NCBI GenBank assembly: GCA_947589595.1
Contig: CANQBV010000005.1
Coordinates: 22,602-86,601 of the forward strand
Reading direction: 5' to 3'
From: an uncultured Clostridia bacterium
GTDB lineage: Bacteria; Bacillota; Clostridia; Oscillospirales; SIG627
Length of the DNA: 64,000 bases
This document shows, piece by piece, positions 1-9,108 of the stretch. Under the pieces are notes generated by a model. The model saw nothing but the letters and a program-made list of their open reading frames with translations, had not been told where the DNA came from and did not search any database. The position numbers and the translations under genes were made by a program. How positions within the stretch are numbered: the first letter of the stretch is position 1; every line of letters starts with the position of its first letter.

Positions 1-46
1 TAGAGTGGGTGTGCAAACCAATGAAATGTCACGAATTTCCTTAACG

Positions 47-75
47 ATTATAAAAGATGGCAAAAAAAATGTCAA
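47..75 (-). promoter_or_regulatory. sigma-A promoter firing leftwards out of the window
   Basis: Minus strand TTGACA-N17-TATAAT, exact consensus. Confidence 0.8.
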
Positions 76-200
76 GATTTATTCCGTTTTCTCCGCATGC
101 TTTTTTCGTTTCCCGCGTATTATGATTTTGTATGATTTCGCTCCGATCAACCTTTCCCGTTATTATGATCTGACCCGGGGAGAATAAAGTTTTTATATAG

Positions 201-229
201 AAAAGCGGCACCGTTTTGGTGCCGCTTTT
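201..229. terminator. Intrinsic terminator after the ATPase gene
   Basis: AAAAGCGGCACC-gtttt-GGTGCCGCTTTT hairpin adjacent to the stop at 230. Confidence 0.85.
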
Positions 230-1303
230 TCATACGCCGATTTCCCGGGAAATACTCCGGATCATCTTTTCCAATTTTTCAAAATTCATTGACTGTACGT
301 AGATTTTTTCAATTTCCAGATGGGCGTTGTATGCATCTTTTAAGTTGCTGACTGCTTCGCCGGAAATGGCCTGATAGCACTTTTTCAGAAAGCGCAGCTT
401 TTCTTTGTTCTCGCGAAGCGAATCCTTATCCAGAAAACGCTGCATATTGATATATTTGATTTCTTTTCCCACTGTTTCAGTCCTGGCGTCCTTTTCCCCT
501 ACTTGCAGTGCAATACCGGCCTCCGGCAGGTAAAGAGCGTTGTAGGCTTCGGGAAACAGGCAGGAATGGCTTTTTACAAAGCTATGTCCGTTTTGCGCCA
601 AAAGGCCGGCGATTTCATTTAAAAAGAGAGGAGCCGTTCCAAAGTGATCCTGGACGATAGAAACCTTTTGTGCCTTTTCCTGAAAGCTCTGGTTTGCCAA
701 ATACCCTTTGTGGCTAAAAGATGCGATCAGGCGGGTGGAGATCTGCATCGCTACTTTTTGCTTCGGAATCGACTGCACGATCCGTTCGGCGGCTTTCTTC
801 ATTTTCTCGATTTTAAAGTTTTGCAAAGCAATGCTTTGAATTTCCCGGGCAATTTCACCGGCAGCACTCAGAAAACGGTATGCCAGGCGGTAAGAACGGC
901 TTTTTTCGCGGATGGATTCCATAATTGGTAATTTGTTGGCGATCAGTTTTTCCTGGTTCCAAAACGCGCCGGTATAGAGGATCGATTCCACTGCGCCGGG
1001 ATATTTCGGATCCGTCGTATGAGGGCTGGTGCCGTCCAGAATTGCGATTTTCTTTTCCTGAATCAAAATTCCGTCCAGCGAATCCGGGTCGGAAGAACAG
1101 TAAAAATATTCCACGTGGTAACCGGCGTCTTGCGCTTTCCGCGCAATTTTGAACATCAGGCTCGATTTTCCTGTGCCGGGACCGCCTTTAATGATGTAGA
1201 TTTTTTCCAGCGAATCCGGATCGAAAATTTCCGGGAAAAAACTTTGAAATCCTTTTGAGGTATTTGCGGAAGCATAGTATTTTTCGTTTTGTTCCAAAAT
1301 CAT
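230..1303 (-). CDS. P-loop ATPase, PRK06851-like family
   Basis: IKGGPGTGKS Walker A; YCSSDPDSLDG and DGTSPH motifs typical of this Firmicutes family; second half is a degenerate repeat. Confidence 0.75.
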   Translation of the reverse strand: MILEQNEKYYASANTSKGFQSFFPEIFDPDSLEKIYIIKGGPGTGKSSLMFKIARKAQDAGYHVEYFYCSSDPDSLDGILIQEKKIAILDGTSPHTTDPKYPGAVESILYTGAFWNQEKLIANKLPIMESIREKSRSYRLAYRFLSAAGEIAREIQSIALQNFKIEKMKKAAERIVQSIPKQKVAMQISTRLIASFSHKGYLANQSFQEKAQKVSIVQDHFGTAPLFLNEIAGLLAQNGHSFVKSHSCLFPEAYNALYLPEAGIALQVGEKDARTETVGKEIKYINMQRFLDKDSLRENKEKLRFLKKCYQAISGEAVSNLKDAYNAHLEIEKIYVQSMNFEKLEKMIRSISREIGV

Positions 1304-1334
1304 AAATGCGCCTCACTTCTTCAATACTTACTGT

Positions 1335-1361
1335 ATTTTATGAAAGTAAGGCGCATTTGTT
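1335..1361 (-). promoter_or_regulatory. Mother-cell (sigma-K/sigma-E type) promoter for the ATPase gene
   Basis: Minus strand AC-N16-CATAAAAT immediately after the pcrA stop. Confidence 0.5.
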
Positions 1362-1363
1362 AC

Positions 1364-3808
1364 TTATTTTGCTTTCTGTAAATTGGCGTAGGTTGCCATG
1401 AGCTTTTTTTCGCCTGCTTTGTCAAAGCGAATTTCATAGAGCGTATCCGAGCCATAGGACTTCGCCGAAAGAATGGTGCCGTCTCCGAAAATTCTGTGTG
1501 TGACCCGCTCCCCGGGACGGAAAACTTCCGACTTCTTTGAAGTGGGCGGCGTCGCGGCGGCGGTAACCGACGAAGACCCTGCACGTTGGAAACTGACGTC
1601 TTTTTGCCGAAATTGCGAAAAATTGCTGCCTTTTGCCTGAGAAAAGCGCGGCATTGCAAATTCCTGAAAGTCCGACTGACCGAAATAGTACCCGTCGGAG
1701 AGGGAGCGTTCTTTTGATGCAATATATTCGGCGTCGACGTAAGCATCCGGCAATTCTTCTACAAAGCGGGAAACGCGGTTGGAGTTTGTTTTTCCGAAAA
1801 GCAAACGTCTTTTGCAGAAGCTGATGTAGAGCTCTTCTTTGGCGCGCGTCATCGCAACGTAAAACAGCCGCCGTTCTTCTTCCAGATCCGAAAGTCGCAT
1901 AACGGACTGCGCCGAAGGAAATAGATTTTCCTCCACTCCCGGCAGAAATACAACAGGGAATTCCAGCCCTTTGGCGGCATGGATGGTCATCAATACCACC
2001 GCGTCGGATTCGCGGTCATAATTATCCACATCGCTCACCAGGGCGATCTCCTCCAAAAAGCCCTCCAAATTGGGCGCTTCGCTGCGTTCTTCATAGAAAC
2101 GGGCAGAAGAGATCAATTCATTAACATTTTTGCGGCGTTCTTCATTTTCATCCCCCAAAAGGGTATCCATATAACCGCTTTTGTCAATAACCTCATGTAC
2201 GATCTCCGAGGGAAGGTGATCTTCAGCGTATTCACGCAAAGAAAGAATCAGCTTGGTAAAAGCAAGAAAGCTACTGCTGTTGCGGGACAATTCGCGATAA
2301 GAGGTGCAGTCGCAAATAATTTCGAAAAAGCTTTTTCCCTGTGCTTCCGCTAAGTCGGTTGCTTTTTTGATCGCCGTTTCTCCGAGGCCTCGCTTCGGCA
2401 CGTTGATGACGCGCAAAAGACAGGCAAGATTATCCGGACAGGCGATGGCGCGTAAATAGGCGATGATATCCTTCACTTCAGCGTGCTCGTAAAAGCGCAT
2501 TCCCGCCAGCAAGCGGTGCGGCACGCCGGATTTCGTAAAAATTGTTTCCAGTGCGTTGGACTGTGCCCGGGTGCGGTAAAGCACTGCGAAATCCTTATAA
2601 CGGTGTTTCCCGCGCATAACCGCTTCGGAAATATGCTCTGCAATATAAATCGCTTCTTTTTCCTGATCCTCTAAATTGCGCAACATCACTTTTTGACCGT
2701 TCTCCTGCGCGCACCATAGCTTTTTACCTCTGCGGGTTTCGTTGTGAGCGATCACAGCGTTGGCAGCTTCAATAATATTTTTGGTAGAGCGATAGTTTTG
2801 TTCGAGAAAAACCACTTTTGTATCGGCAAAGTTCTGGTCAAAATTTAAAATGTTTTCCACCGCTGCCCCGCGAAATTTATAAATACTTTGGTCATCATCT
2901 CCAACCGCCATAATATTTCCATGTCCCTGCGCGATCAATTTCAAAAGCTGGTATTGAGCGCGGTTGGTATCTTGGTATTCATCTACCAAAAGGTAGCGGA
3001 ATTTATGCTGGCACCACGTCAAGGGCTCGCTGTTGTCGCGCAGCAGTTTGACCGTTTCGGCGATCAGATCGTCAAAATCCATGGCGTTGGCGTCTAAAAG
3101 CGCCTCCTGATAGCTTTTGAAAATCTCCGCAACGACTTTTCCCTTACTGCTGTTCTGCACTTTACTCTCGTATTCTTTGGGAGAGAGAAGGGCGTTTTTG
3201 GCGTTGGAGATCTGGTTCATTACATATTTTGCGGTCAATTCCGGGGTGTCGATTTCCATTTCCTTCATTTTGGCGGCAATGATGCGTTTGCAATCTTCCT
3301 GGTCATAAATCAGGAAGTTGGAGCCATACTGCGTATAGGAGGCAAACTGCCGCAAAAGACGCACGCAAACAGAGTGAAAGGTACCCGCCCAAATTTCATC
3401 GGCTCGGTCGCCGAGCTGTTTGCGCAGTCTTTCCTTCATTTCGCCCGCTGCTTTGTTGGTAAAGGTAATGGCTAAAATATGGTAAGCGGGGCACGCATCA
3501 TCGGCAAAAGATAAGAGGATCGGTTTTAAAATTTCACGGGTGCAAATTTCGGGATGATCGCAAAAATTTCGCAGAACGGCAATTTCTTCCGCGGAAGCGG
3601 AAATTTCTTTCTGAGAATAATAGGCGTTTCCAAATTCGATCAGATGAGAAATACGATTGACCAAAACCGTGGTCTTTCCGCTGCCGGCGCCGGCGATTAC
3701 CAAAAGCGGTCCCTTTACGAGAAAAACCGCTTCCTTTTGCTTGTCATTTAAATTTTGATAATAGATCTGAAATAATTTTTGCTTGATCTGCCTTAAATCC
3801 TGCTTCAT
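1364..3808 (-). CDS. pcrA: ATP-dependent DNA helicase PcrA/UvrD
   Basis: AGAGSGKT, ITFTNKAA, VDEYQD, VGDDDQSIY, NYRS, TIHAAKGLEF, EERRLFYVAMTRA; C-terminal Tudor-like domain (VTHRIFGDG). Confidence 0.95.
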   Translation of the reverse strand: MKQDLRQIKQKLFQIYYQNLNDKQKEAVFLVKGPLLVIAGAGSGKTTVLVNRISHLIEFGNAYYSQKEISASAEEIAVLRNFCDHPEICTREILKPILLSFADDACPAYHILAITFTNKAAGEMKERLRKQLGDRADEIWAGTFHSVCVRLLRQFASYTQYGSNFLIYDQEDCKRIIAAKMKEMEIDTPELTAKYVMNQISNAKNALLSPKEYESKVQNSSKGKVVAEIFKSYQEALLDANAMDFDDLIAETVKLLRDNSEPLTWCQHKFRYLLVDEYQDTNRAQYQLLKLIAQGHGNIMAVGDDDQSIYKFRGAAVENILNFDQNFADTKVVFLEQNYRSTKNIIEAANAVIAHNETRRGKKLWCAQENGQKVMLRNLEDQEKEAIYIAEHISEAVMRGKHRYKDFAVLYRTRAQSNALETIFTKSGVPHRLLAGMRFYEHAEVKDIIAYLRAIACPDNLACLLRVINVPKRGLGETAIKKATDLAEAQGKSFFEIICDCTSYRELSRNSSSFLAFTKLILSLREYAEDHLPSEIVHEVIDKSGYMDTLLGDENEERRKNVNELISSARFYEERSEAPNLEGFLEEIALVSDVDNYDRESDAVVLMTIHAAKGLEFPVVFLPGVEENLFPSAQSVMRLSDLEEERRLFYVAMTRAKEELYISFCKRRLLFGKTNSNRVSRFVEELPDAYVDAEYIASKERSLSDGYYFGQSDFQEFAMPRFSQAKGSNFSQFRQKDVSFQRAGSSSVTAAATPPTSKKSEVFRPGERVTHRIFGDGTILSAKSYGSDTLYEIRFDKAGEKKLMATYANLQKAK

Positions 3809-3844
3809 GCGTTCTCCGAGTTGTATTCTGTATTTCTAAGTACT

Positions 3845-3873
3845 ATTTTATCGTATTTGGACCCGTTTGTAAA
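3845..3873 (-). promoter_or_regulatory. sigma-A promoter of pcrA
   Basis: TTTACA-N17-TAAAAT. Confidence 0.65.
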
Positions 3874-3910
3874 TCTAATTTAAAAATTTTAAAAAAATCA
3901 TTCAATTACT

Positions 3911-3940
3911 ATTGACAGTCAATCGAACTTATGATATAAT
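3911..3940 (+). promoter_or_regulatory. sigma-A promoter with a palindrome over the -35 box
   Basis: TTGACA-N17-TATAAT with extended -10 TG; ATTGAC-a-GTCAAT at 3911-3923. Confidence 0.8.
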
Positions 3941-3968
3941 CATTTGACGAAGAGAAAGGAGGGATTAC

Positions 3969-4556
3969 ATGACAGGAAAATTCGTACCGGGAACCGTAAT
4001 TTGCGATTCGGGAGAAAAAGGAATGTTTTCGGTTTTTCGCCCCATGATTCTGGCGACCGGCGGGCTGACGCTGGGGCAGGTATGCGCGATCACCGGACTG
4101 GAGGCTTCCACGGTTCAAAATTGGATCAAGCGCGGCTTTGTTGCGCATCCGGTGCAGAAGAAATACTACGGCAGGCAGCTGGCGCGTATTTTATTGATCT
4201 CGGCATTACGCGATTCCATGAAGATCGAATCCATCGGGGAGCTGATGGCCATGGTAAACGGCAGCGCCGATGATGAAAGCGATGATATTATTTCCGAAGA
4301 AAAGCTATACGATCATCTCTGCGAAATAATCGGAAATATTGCCGATCAGATTCCGGCAATCGGGGAAATTCCGGGCATCGTACAGAAGGCCATTTGTGAT
4401 TTTGATCCTCCGGATCCTTCTTCAAAAGAACGGCTGCAAAACGCTTTGACCGTTATGGTTTACGCCTATTCGGCGGGTAGGCTGATTCAAGCCGCCGATC
4501 AAGATTTCCAAAAAATGAAATTCAAATTTCATTCTGAAAAGGAGAAGAAACAATGA
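3969..4556 (+). CDS. DUF1836 family putative winged-helix regulator
   Basis: LTLGQVCAITGLEASTVQNWIKRG..P..KKY motif; RBS GGAGG. Confidence 0.75.
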   Translation: MTGKFVPGTVICDSGEKGMFSVFRPMILATGGLTLGQVCAITGLEASTVQNWIKRGFVAHPVQKKYYGRQLARILLISALRDSMKIESIGELMAMVNGSADDESDDIISEEKLYDHLCEIIGNIADQIPAIGEIPGIVQKAICDFDPPDPSSKERLQNALTVMVYAYSAGRLIQAADQDFQKMKFKFHSEKEKKQ

Positions 4557-5359
4557 CAACAAAAAAAATCATCAACTTCAATCTCAAAAAAATTCTGATT
4601 CCCTTGGCGATTATTCTGCTAGTGCTTGTGGTGGCGCTGAATAGCTTCACCGTAGTCGAAGCCGGTCACACCGGTGTTGTGGTCACGCTCGGCAGAGTTC
4701 AGGATACGGTTCTGCAGGAAGGAATCCACGCAAAAATTCCGTTTGTTCAGCAGGTTGTAAAAATCGACAACCGTATCCGCAAATTGGAAGTTTCCACCGA
4801 AGCTTTCTCTAAGGACTTACAGAGCGTGCAGACGGTACTGGCGATCAACTATCGCGTTGATACTGCTAAAAGCTACAGCATTTACAAAAACATCGGCGCC
4901 GATTATGAATCTGTATTGGTAACGCCCGCGGTAAACGAGGTTCTCAAAGCCATTACTTCCGCTTACACGGCAGAAGAAAGCGTTACCAACCGTACTCTGA
5001 TCTCCGAAGGACTTGTCAGCGGTTTGAACGAAAAGCTGAATGCGATCGGTCTTTATATTACCGACGTCAATATTATTGACTTCGATTTCTCGGAAGCATT
5101 TATCAATGCAATTGAGGAAAAGCAGATCGCTCAGCAGCAGCTTTTGAAGGCCGAAACCGAAAAGCAAACCGCTATTACCAATGCGGAAGCCGAAGCAGAA
5201 GCCATTCGGATCCGGGCGGAAGCCGAGGCGGAAGCCAACGAGTTGATCAATTCTTCCTTGAGCGAACAGATCATCGAAAATAAAAAGATTGAAAAATGGG
5301 ACGGCGTTCTTCCTCAAGTCACCGGTAACTCCGGTACCTTTGTTGAAATCACCGAATAA
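4553..5359 (+). CDS. SPFH/prohibitin (band 7) membrane protein
   Basis: N-terminal TM, GHTGVVVTLG, EGIHAKIPF, AEAEAEA coiled coil, IEKWDG. Confidence 0.9.
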   Translation: MTTKKIINFNLKKILIPLAIILLVLVVALNSFTVVEAGHTGVVVTLGRVQDTVLQEGIHAKIPFVQQVVKIDNRIRKLEVSTEAFSKDLQSVQTVLAINYRVDTAKSYSIYKNIGADYESVLVTPAVNEVLKAITSAYTAEESVTNRTLISEGLVSGLNEKLNAIGLYITDVNIIDFDFSEAFINAIEEKQIAQQQLLKAETEKQTAITNAEAEAEAIRIRAEAEAEANELINSSLSEQIIENKKIEKWDGVLPQVTGNSGTFVEITE

Positions 5360-5371
5360 ATTTACCGTACA

Positions 5372-5405
5372 AAAAGGAGATGTTTCCTCGGAAACATCTC
5401 CTTTT
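5372..5405. terminator. Bidirectional terminator
   Basis: AAAAGGAGATGTTTCC/GGAAACATCTCCTTTT between convergent genes. Confidence 0.85.
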
Positions 5406-5408
5406 CAT

Positions 5409-6368
5409 TTACGGGTTGCATTTCCCGCAGGGAGAATAGCCGTCTGCAATGAGTTCATCGCGGGATTTGGTGGAGGTCAACTTATTGTTTGCCGTTATTT
5501 TTTCCGCATCGGGGCAGGAGGAAGCGTGAAATTTATGGGAATGGGTATTCAGAATATAGAGAACAGTTTCACTGCCCAGTTCCTTTTCGCTGCCGTTTTC
5601 CGGAATATTTGCGGCGTCTTCCCGACTGTCGCCGGTCGCATAATCGATCCAAACACCCGGCTGATTGTTGTAGGCGTAAATACAAAAACAAATTCCTTCG
5701 CCCCGATCCTCCACGGAATAACCTTCCATCAGCACGCCGCTTGCCACCAGGTTCTCTTCAATAAAGATGGGTGTAACACGGTAGAGGACGTGGTTTTCGG
5801 TTTCCTTTACGTAGTCTGCCACCATGTTTTCAAAGGGAAGCATTCCTTCTATGTTCAAATAGCGCGTGCCGGTGATCAGATTCGAGCGGTTGGCGTTTTC
5901 GCCGGACAATTGAAAGCCGATTAAGTGGCAGCGGTTATATAAATATTTCCCGTCTACAAAATCGTACTTTACCGTCTGCCATCCGGTGGGCTTTACCTGC
6001 CCGATATCGCCGCGCTCCTCAGTGGGCATCAGATCTGTACCGATGCAGGCAACGGTAACGCCGCAGCGGCCGAGTGCGTCTAATTCCGAATAATATTCAT
6101 AAGAATCGGTGGTCAGGTCTTTTTCCGTGAAATACGGAACGTTGCCATTGATCACCGTATAGGCGCTGTTGCTGAAAGAAGGAACCTGGTTTGGGTCAAA
6201 GCCGGCGTCGTCCCCGAAAGTGGGCAGAGCCACCGAAGACGTCTCTGTTTGCGATACAGTTTCTGCGGTTGGGGAAACGGCCGGCTTGCGCAAAAGAGGA
6301 ATCAAAATCAGCCCGATCAGCACAAGAACCGCAAGGATAAGAAAGATCTTTTGCTGTTGTTTTTTCAT
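5409..6368 (-). CDS. Membrane-anchored DNA/RNA non-specific endonuclease (EndA-like) with C-terminal Ada-like Zn domain
   Basis: LDALGRCG, YNRCHLIG (beta-beta-alpha-Me His), NLITGTRYLN; KFH..SC and GYSPCGKC tail. Confidence 0.85.
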   Translation of the reverse strand: MKKQQQKIFLILAVLVLIGLILIPLLRKPAVSPTAETVSQTETSSVALPTFGDDAGFDPNQVPSFSNSAYTVINGNVPYFTEKDLTTDSYEYYSELDALGRCGVTVACIGTDLMPTEERGDIGQVKPTGWQTVKYDFVDGKYLYNRCHLIGFQLSGENANRSNLITGTRYLNIEGMLPFENMVADYVKETENHVLYRVTPIFIEENLVASGVLMEGYSVEDRGEGICFCIYAYNNQPGVWIDYATGDSREDAANIPENGSEKELGSETVLYILNTHSHKFHASSCPDAEKITANNKLTSTKSRDELIADGYSPCGKCNP

Positions 6369-6781
6369 TTAGACCATACCTCCTTTGTAATCTGCGGGTG
6401 AGAAGATCCTTCGAAATCTTTTTTTTCCTGCAGACAAAAACCAAGGGCTGAAAGATTCAGATCAAAAAACAAATCGCCGGGGTAATGACGATTCCAGCGG
6501 TAAAGAATGATTTTCTCCATTCTCTTACTATGCTCCGGCGTGATTTTCAAATCTTCCAGAAAGCAGAATTCATTTGTCCCGGCCTGCAAAAGCGCATTTT
6601 CATGGATCCTGAGAGAAGGGAAGCTCTCTTTTGGAAACAGCGATTCGGAAAACGGGCGAATCCAGAGTACGCTGTTTCCGACGGCACTGCAAATATCTTC
6701 CACCAAAACACGGTCGCGGCTTTGACGGCGATGGTTAAAGAGCATGCCGCCGCAGTCGTCGAGACAAAGAATTGCGATCAT
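6365..6781 (-). CDS. Small conserved protein, possibly DHFR-fold
   Basis: Start at MIAILCLDDCGGMLFNHRRQSRD with RBS AAGGAAG; YRWNRHYPGDLFF; stop overlaps the nuclease start (ATGA). Confidence 0.65.
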   Translation of the reverse strand: MIAILCLDDCGGMLFNHRRQSRDRVLVEDICSAVGNSVLWIRPFSESLFPKESFPSLRIHENALLQAGTNEFCFLEDLKITPEHSKRMEKIILYRWNRHYPGDLFFDLNLSALGFCLQEKKDFEGSSHPQITKEVWSK

Positions 6782-6810
6782 AGTAAAACTTCCTTTTGTT
6801 TGATAAAGGT

Positions 6811-6905
6811 ATTGTAACATATTCTTTTGGCGTTTTCAAGAATAAGAACCAAACAAGCAAAGCGGGGAAAAAGGTCTTGAAAATTTTCATCTGCTATGTT
6901 ACAAT
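6811..6905. promoter_or_regulatory. Pair of divergent sigma-A promoters
   Basis: Both read TTGAAA-N17-TACAAT with TG extension (minus 6811-6839, plus 6877-6905). Confidence 0.7.
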
Positions 6906-6960
6906 ATCTGTAACAGCCGCCGCTCCCTTTACAGAAATCAGTTTTCGGAAAGAGGATTTT

Positions 6961-7326
6961 ATGAAAATTCAAGAATCCGGCGAAATGTATTTAGAAACAA
7001 TTCTGGTGCTCTCCCGCGAAAAAGCAAACGTGCGCGCGATCGATATTGCGCTGCATAAAGGCTATTCCAAGCCAAGCGTCAGCCGCGCGATGAAGCTTTT
7101 AAAGGACGCGAACTATATCGAAATCAATGAAGAAGGGCATATAAAACTTACACCCGAAGGAAGAAAAATCGCAGAGACGATTTATGAACGCCACGTTACC
7201 CTGACAAATTATTTTGTGCAGCTCGGCGTGCCCAAAGAAATTGCTTCGGAGGATGCCTGCAAGATCGAACACGTAATCAGCGAAACCACATTTGAATCAC
7301 TGAAAAAGCAAATGACAAACGAATAG
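6961..7326 (+). CDS. DtxR/MntR family metal-dependent repressor
   Basis: ESGEMYLETI, SKPSVSRAMK, ERH, EDACKIEH. Confidence 0.9.
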   Translation: MKIQESGEMYLETILVLSREKANVRAIDIALHKGYSKPSVSRAMKLLKDANYIEINEEGHIKLTPEGRKIAETIYERHVTLTNYFVQLGVPKEIASEDACKIEHVISETTFESLKKQMTNE

Positions 7327-7364
7327 ATAAAAAGCGATCCGAAGATGCGGATCGCTTTTTATCT
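7325..7364. terminator. Bidirectional terminator
   Basis: 17-bp stem AGATAAAAAGCGATCCG/CGGATCGCTTTTTATCT. Confidence 0.85.
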
Positions 7365-7366
7365 GA

Positions 7367-8890
7367 TCACTTTCCGTCGTATTTTGAGAAAGCCTCGCTC
7401 ATGTAGTTTTTCTTCTTGAACATATCGATCATGGCAAAGTAGCGCTCGTGGCTTCTCCAGCCCTGGTCGATCGAGCCGGTTCCTTCTGTAATAATCGTAG
7501 CTTCCGGGTAGGTCGTTCTTAAAAGAGCGCGGTTTTCCGCCGACACCGACGTATGCTCGAGCCAAAGCCGTTCGAGCAGAGGAAGATCCAATATCGGTGT
7601 GATATCAGACAACCGATAATTATAGCTGATATTGAGATCCACCAGTTCCCGGCACTTTGCAAGAGGCGTCAGATCGGTAACCTGGTTCACAAAAATTTCA
7701 AAATAGTGCAGATGCGGTAAATTTGCAAGCGGGCCGAGATCGCTGACCCTGTTATCAGCCAAAATGAGAATTCTTAAATCCTTCAGATATTCGCCGATCA
7801 CCGAGATATCGGTGATCGCCTGATGCCCTAAATCAAGCGCCTGCAGATCTGTGCAGTACTTGAGCGCCTGAATGTCCTTGGTGGTCAATCGTGTATACTC
7901 ATACGTATAAATCATAACGGAAAAGGCTACGGCGTCTGTTCTCAGCGACCATTCTCCCAAATGGATGCGCCATACAAATTTGGTTTCGGGGTAGGCGTCA
8001 CGAAGCGTTTCCATTTGTTCATCGGAAAGTCCGCTGTCGCACAATTCAAGCTGCGTCAACTGATAGAAAAGCGCAATGGAATCGAAAAACCGATCGAAAT
8101 CTCTGATTTTTTTGGAATTCAGGTCAATCTTAGTGGCGTCCGTGCTGAAAACAGTATCGCCGAGGGTGATTTCCGCTCGAAAATGTACTTCCGGAAAAGC
8201 TTTTTGCAGCTCAATAAGCTCTTCGTACTTGATCCCGGTGCCGCTGAGATCTACCAGCTCCAGCTTGGTAAACGGCTTCAGCGCCTTCGCCAGATCATCA
8301 CGGACAGGGTTGCCTGAAAGATTGATTTCGGTAACGTCATCACGGAAATCTTTTCCTTCGAGAAGATAACTGATAACCGCTGAAAATTCCACCAGCGGCA
8401 AATCATTTTGCAGTTGAATAAAGGCGTCTTCTTTTATTGCGTCGTTACCGAAGCTTACTTTCTTTAAATTCCGAAAAGCGGCAAGCTCATTTTTCAAAAG
8501 TGCAAAATCATAGTCTGAGGCGCCTTCCAGATTGATTTCTTCCGCGTCTGCCGGGATCGAAAGTCCTGCAACTGATTTGTAGGGAACATATTCAAAAGTG
8601 ATCTTCGGGAATTCCCGGGAAAGCGCGTCCATTTCTTCTTCAAACATATGAAAGCTGCCAAGATTTACTCTTTTAAGGCTTTTCAGCTTTTTCAGGTTTT
8701 CCGAAAGATCGGCAATGCTGGGAATTTCTTCGCCGGAAAAAGTAATTTCCTCGGCATTTGCCCAGATCTTTTGCCCCAAAACATCAATTTTTCTGGCATT
8801 GTAAAAAAGAAACGATCCGATCAACAAAACCACCAGGACTACAGAAACAATTGAAATGATAGTCGTCCTCTTTTTCATACTTACACTCAC
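7367..8890 (-). CDS. Membrane-anchored leucine-rich repeat protein
   Basis: N-terminal TM; repeated LxxLxLxxNxVxDL units (LQALDLGHQAITDI, LRILILADNRVSDL); start may be 8878. Confidence 0.8.
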   Translation of the reverse strand: MSVSMKKRTTIISIVSVVLVVLLIGSFLFYNARKIDVLGQKIWANAEEITFSGEEIPSIADLSENLKKLKSLKRVNLGSFHMFEEEMDALSREFPKITFEYVPYKSVAGLSIPADAEEINLEGASDYDFALLKNELAAFRNLKKVSFGNDAIKEDAFIQLQNDLPLVEFSAVISYLLEGKDFRDDVTEINLSGNPVRDDLAKALKPFTKLELVDLSGTGIKYEELIELQKAFPEVHFRAEITLGDTVFSTDATKIDLNSKKIRDFDRFFDSIALFYQLTQLELCDSGLSDEQMETLRDAYPETKFVWRIHLGEWSLRTDAVAFSVMIYTYEYTRLTTKDIQALKYCTDLQALDLGHQAITDISVIGEYLKDLRILILADNRVSDLGPLANLPHLHYFEIFVNQVTDLTPLAKCRELVDLNISYNYRLSDITPILDLPLLERLWLEHTSVSAENRALLRTTYPEATIITEGTGSIDQGWRSHERYFAMIDMFKKKNYMSEAFSKYDGK

Positions 8891-9040
8891 AGATTTTTAA
8901 TATTTCCCTGATTCTAGCATATTTACAACCTAATATCAATATAAATTTGTCTTTTATGATTGTAAATTTACTTTGAATATTGAAAACCTACACCCCATAA
9001 GCTCTTTTTTTCAAAATTGATCGACAATAATCAAAATTTA

Positions 9041-9070
9041 TTGACAGTACACTTTTATTTATGATAAAAT
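9041..9070 (+). promoter_or_regulatory. sigma-A promoter
   Basis: TTGACA-N18-TAAAAT with TG extension. Confidence 0.65.
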
Positions 9071-9108
9071 GAATTGATTATTACGCGAAGGAATAAGATA
9101 GGGAAAAC

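Noticed and set aside
109-169. Imperfect direct repeat TTTCCCG..TATTATGAT (two copies)
   Set aside because: Only two degenerate copies; not CRISPR-like and no matching promoter partner box
5-187. 60-aa ORF at the window start
   Set aside because: Overlaps a strong opposite-strand promoter and has no coding features
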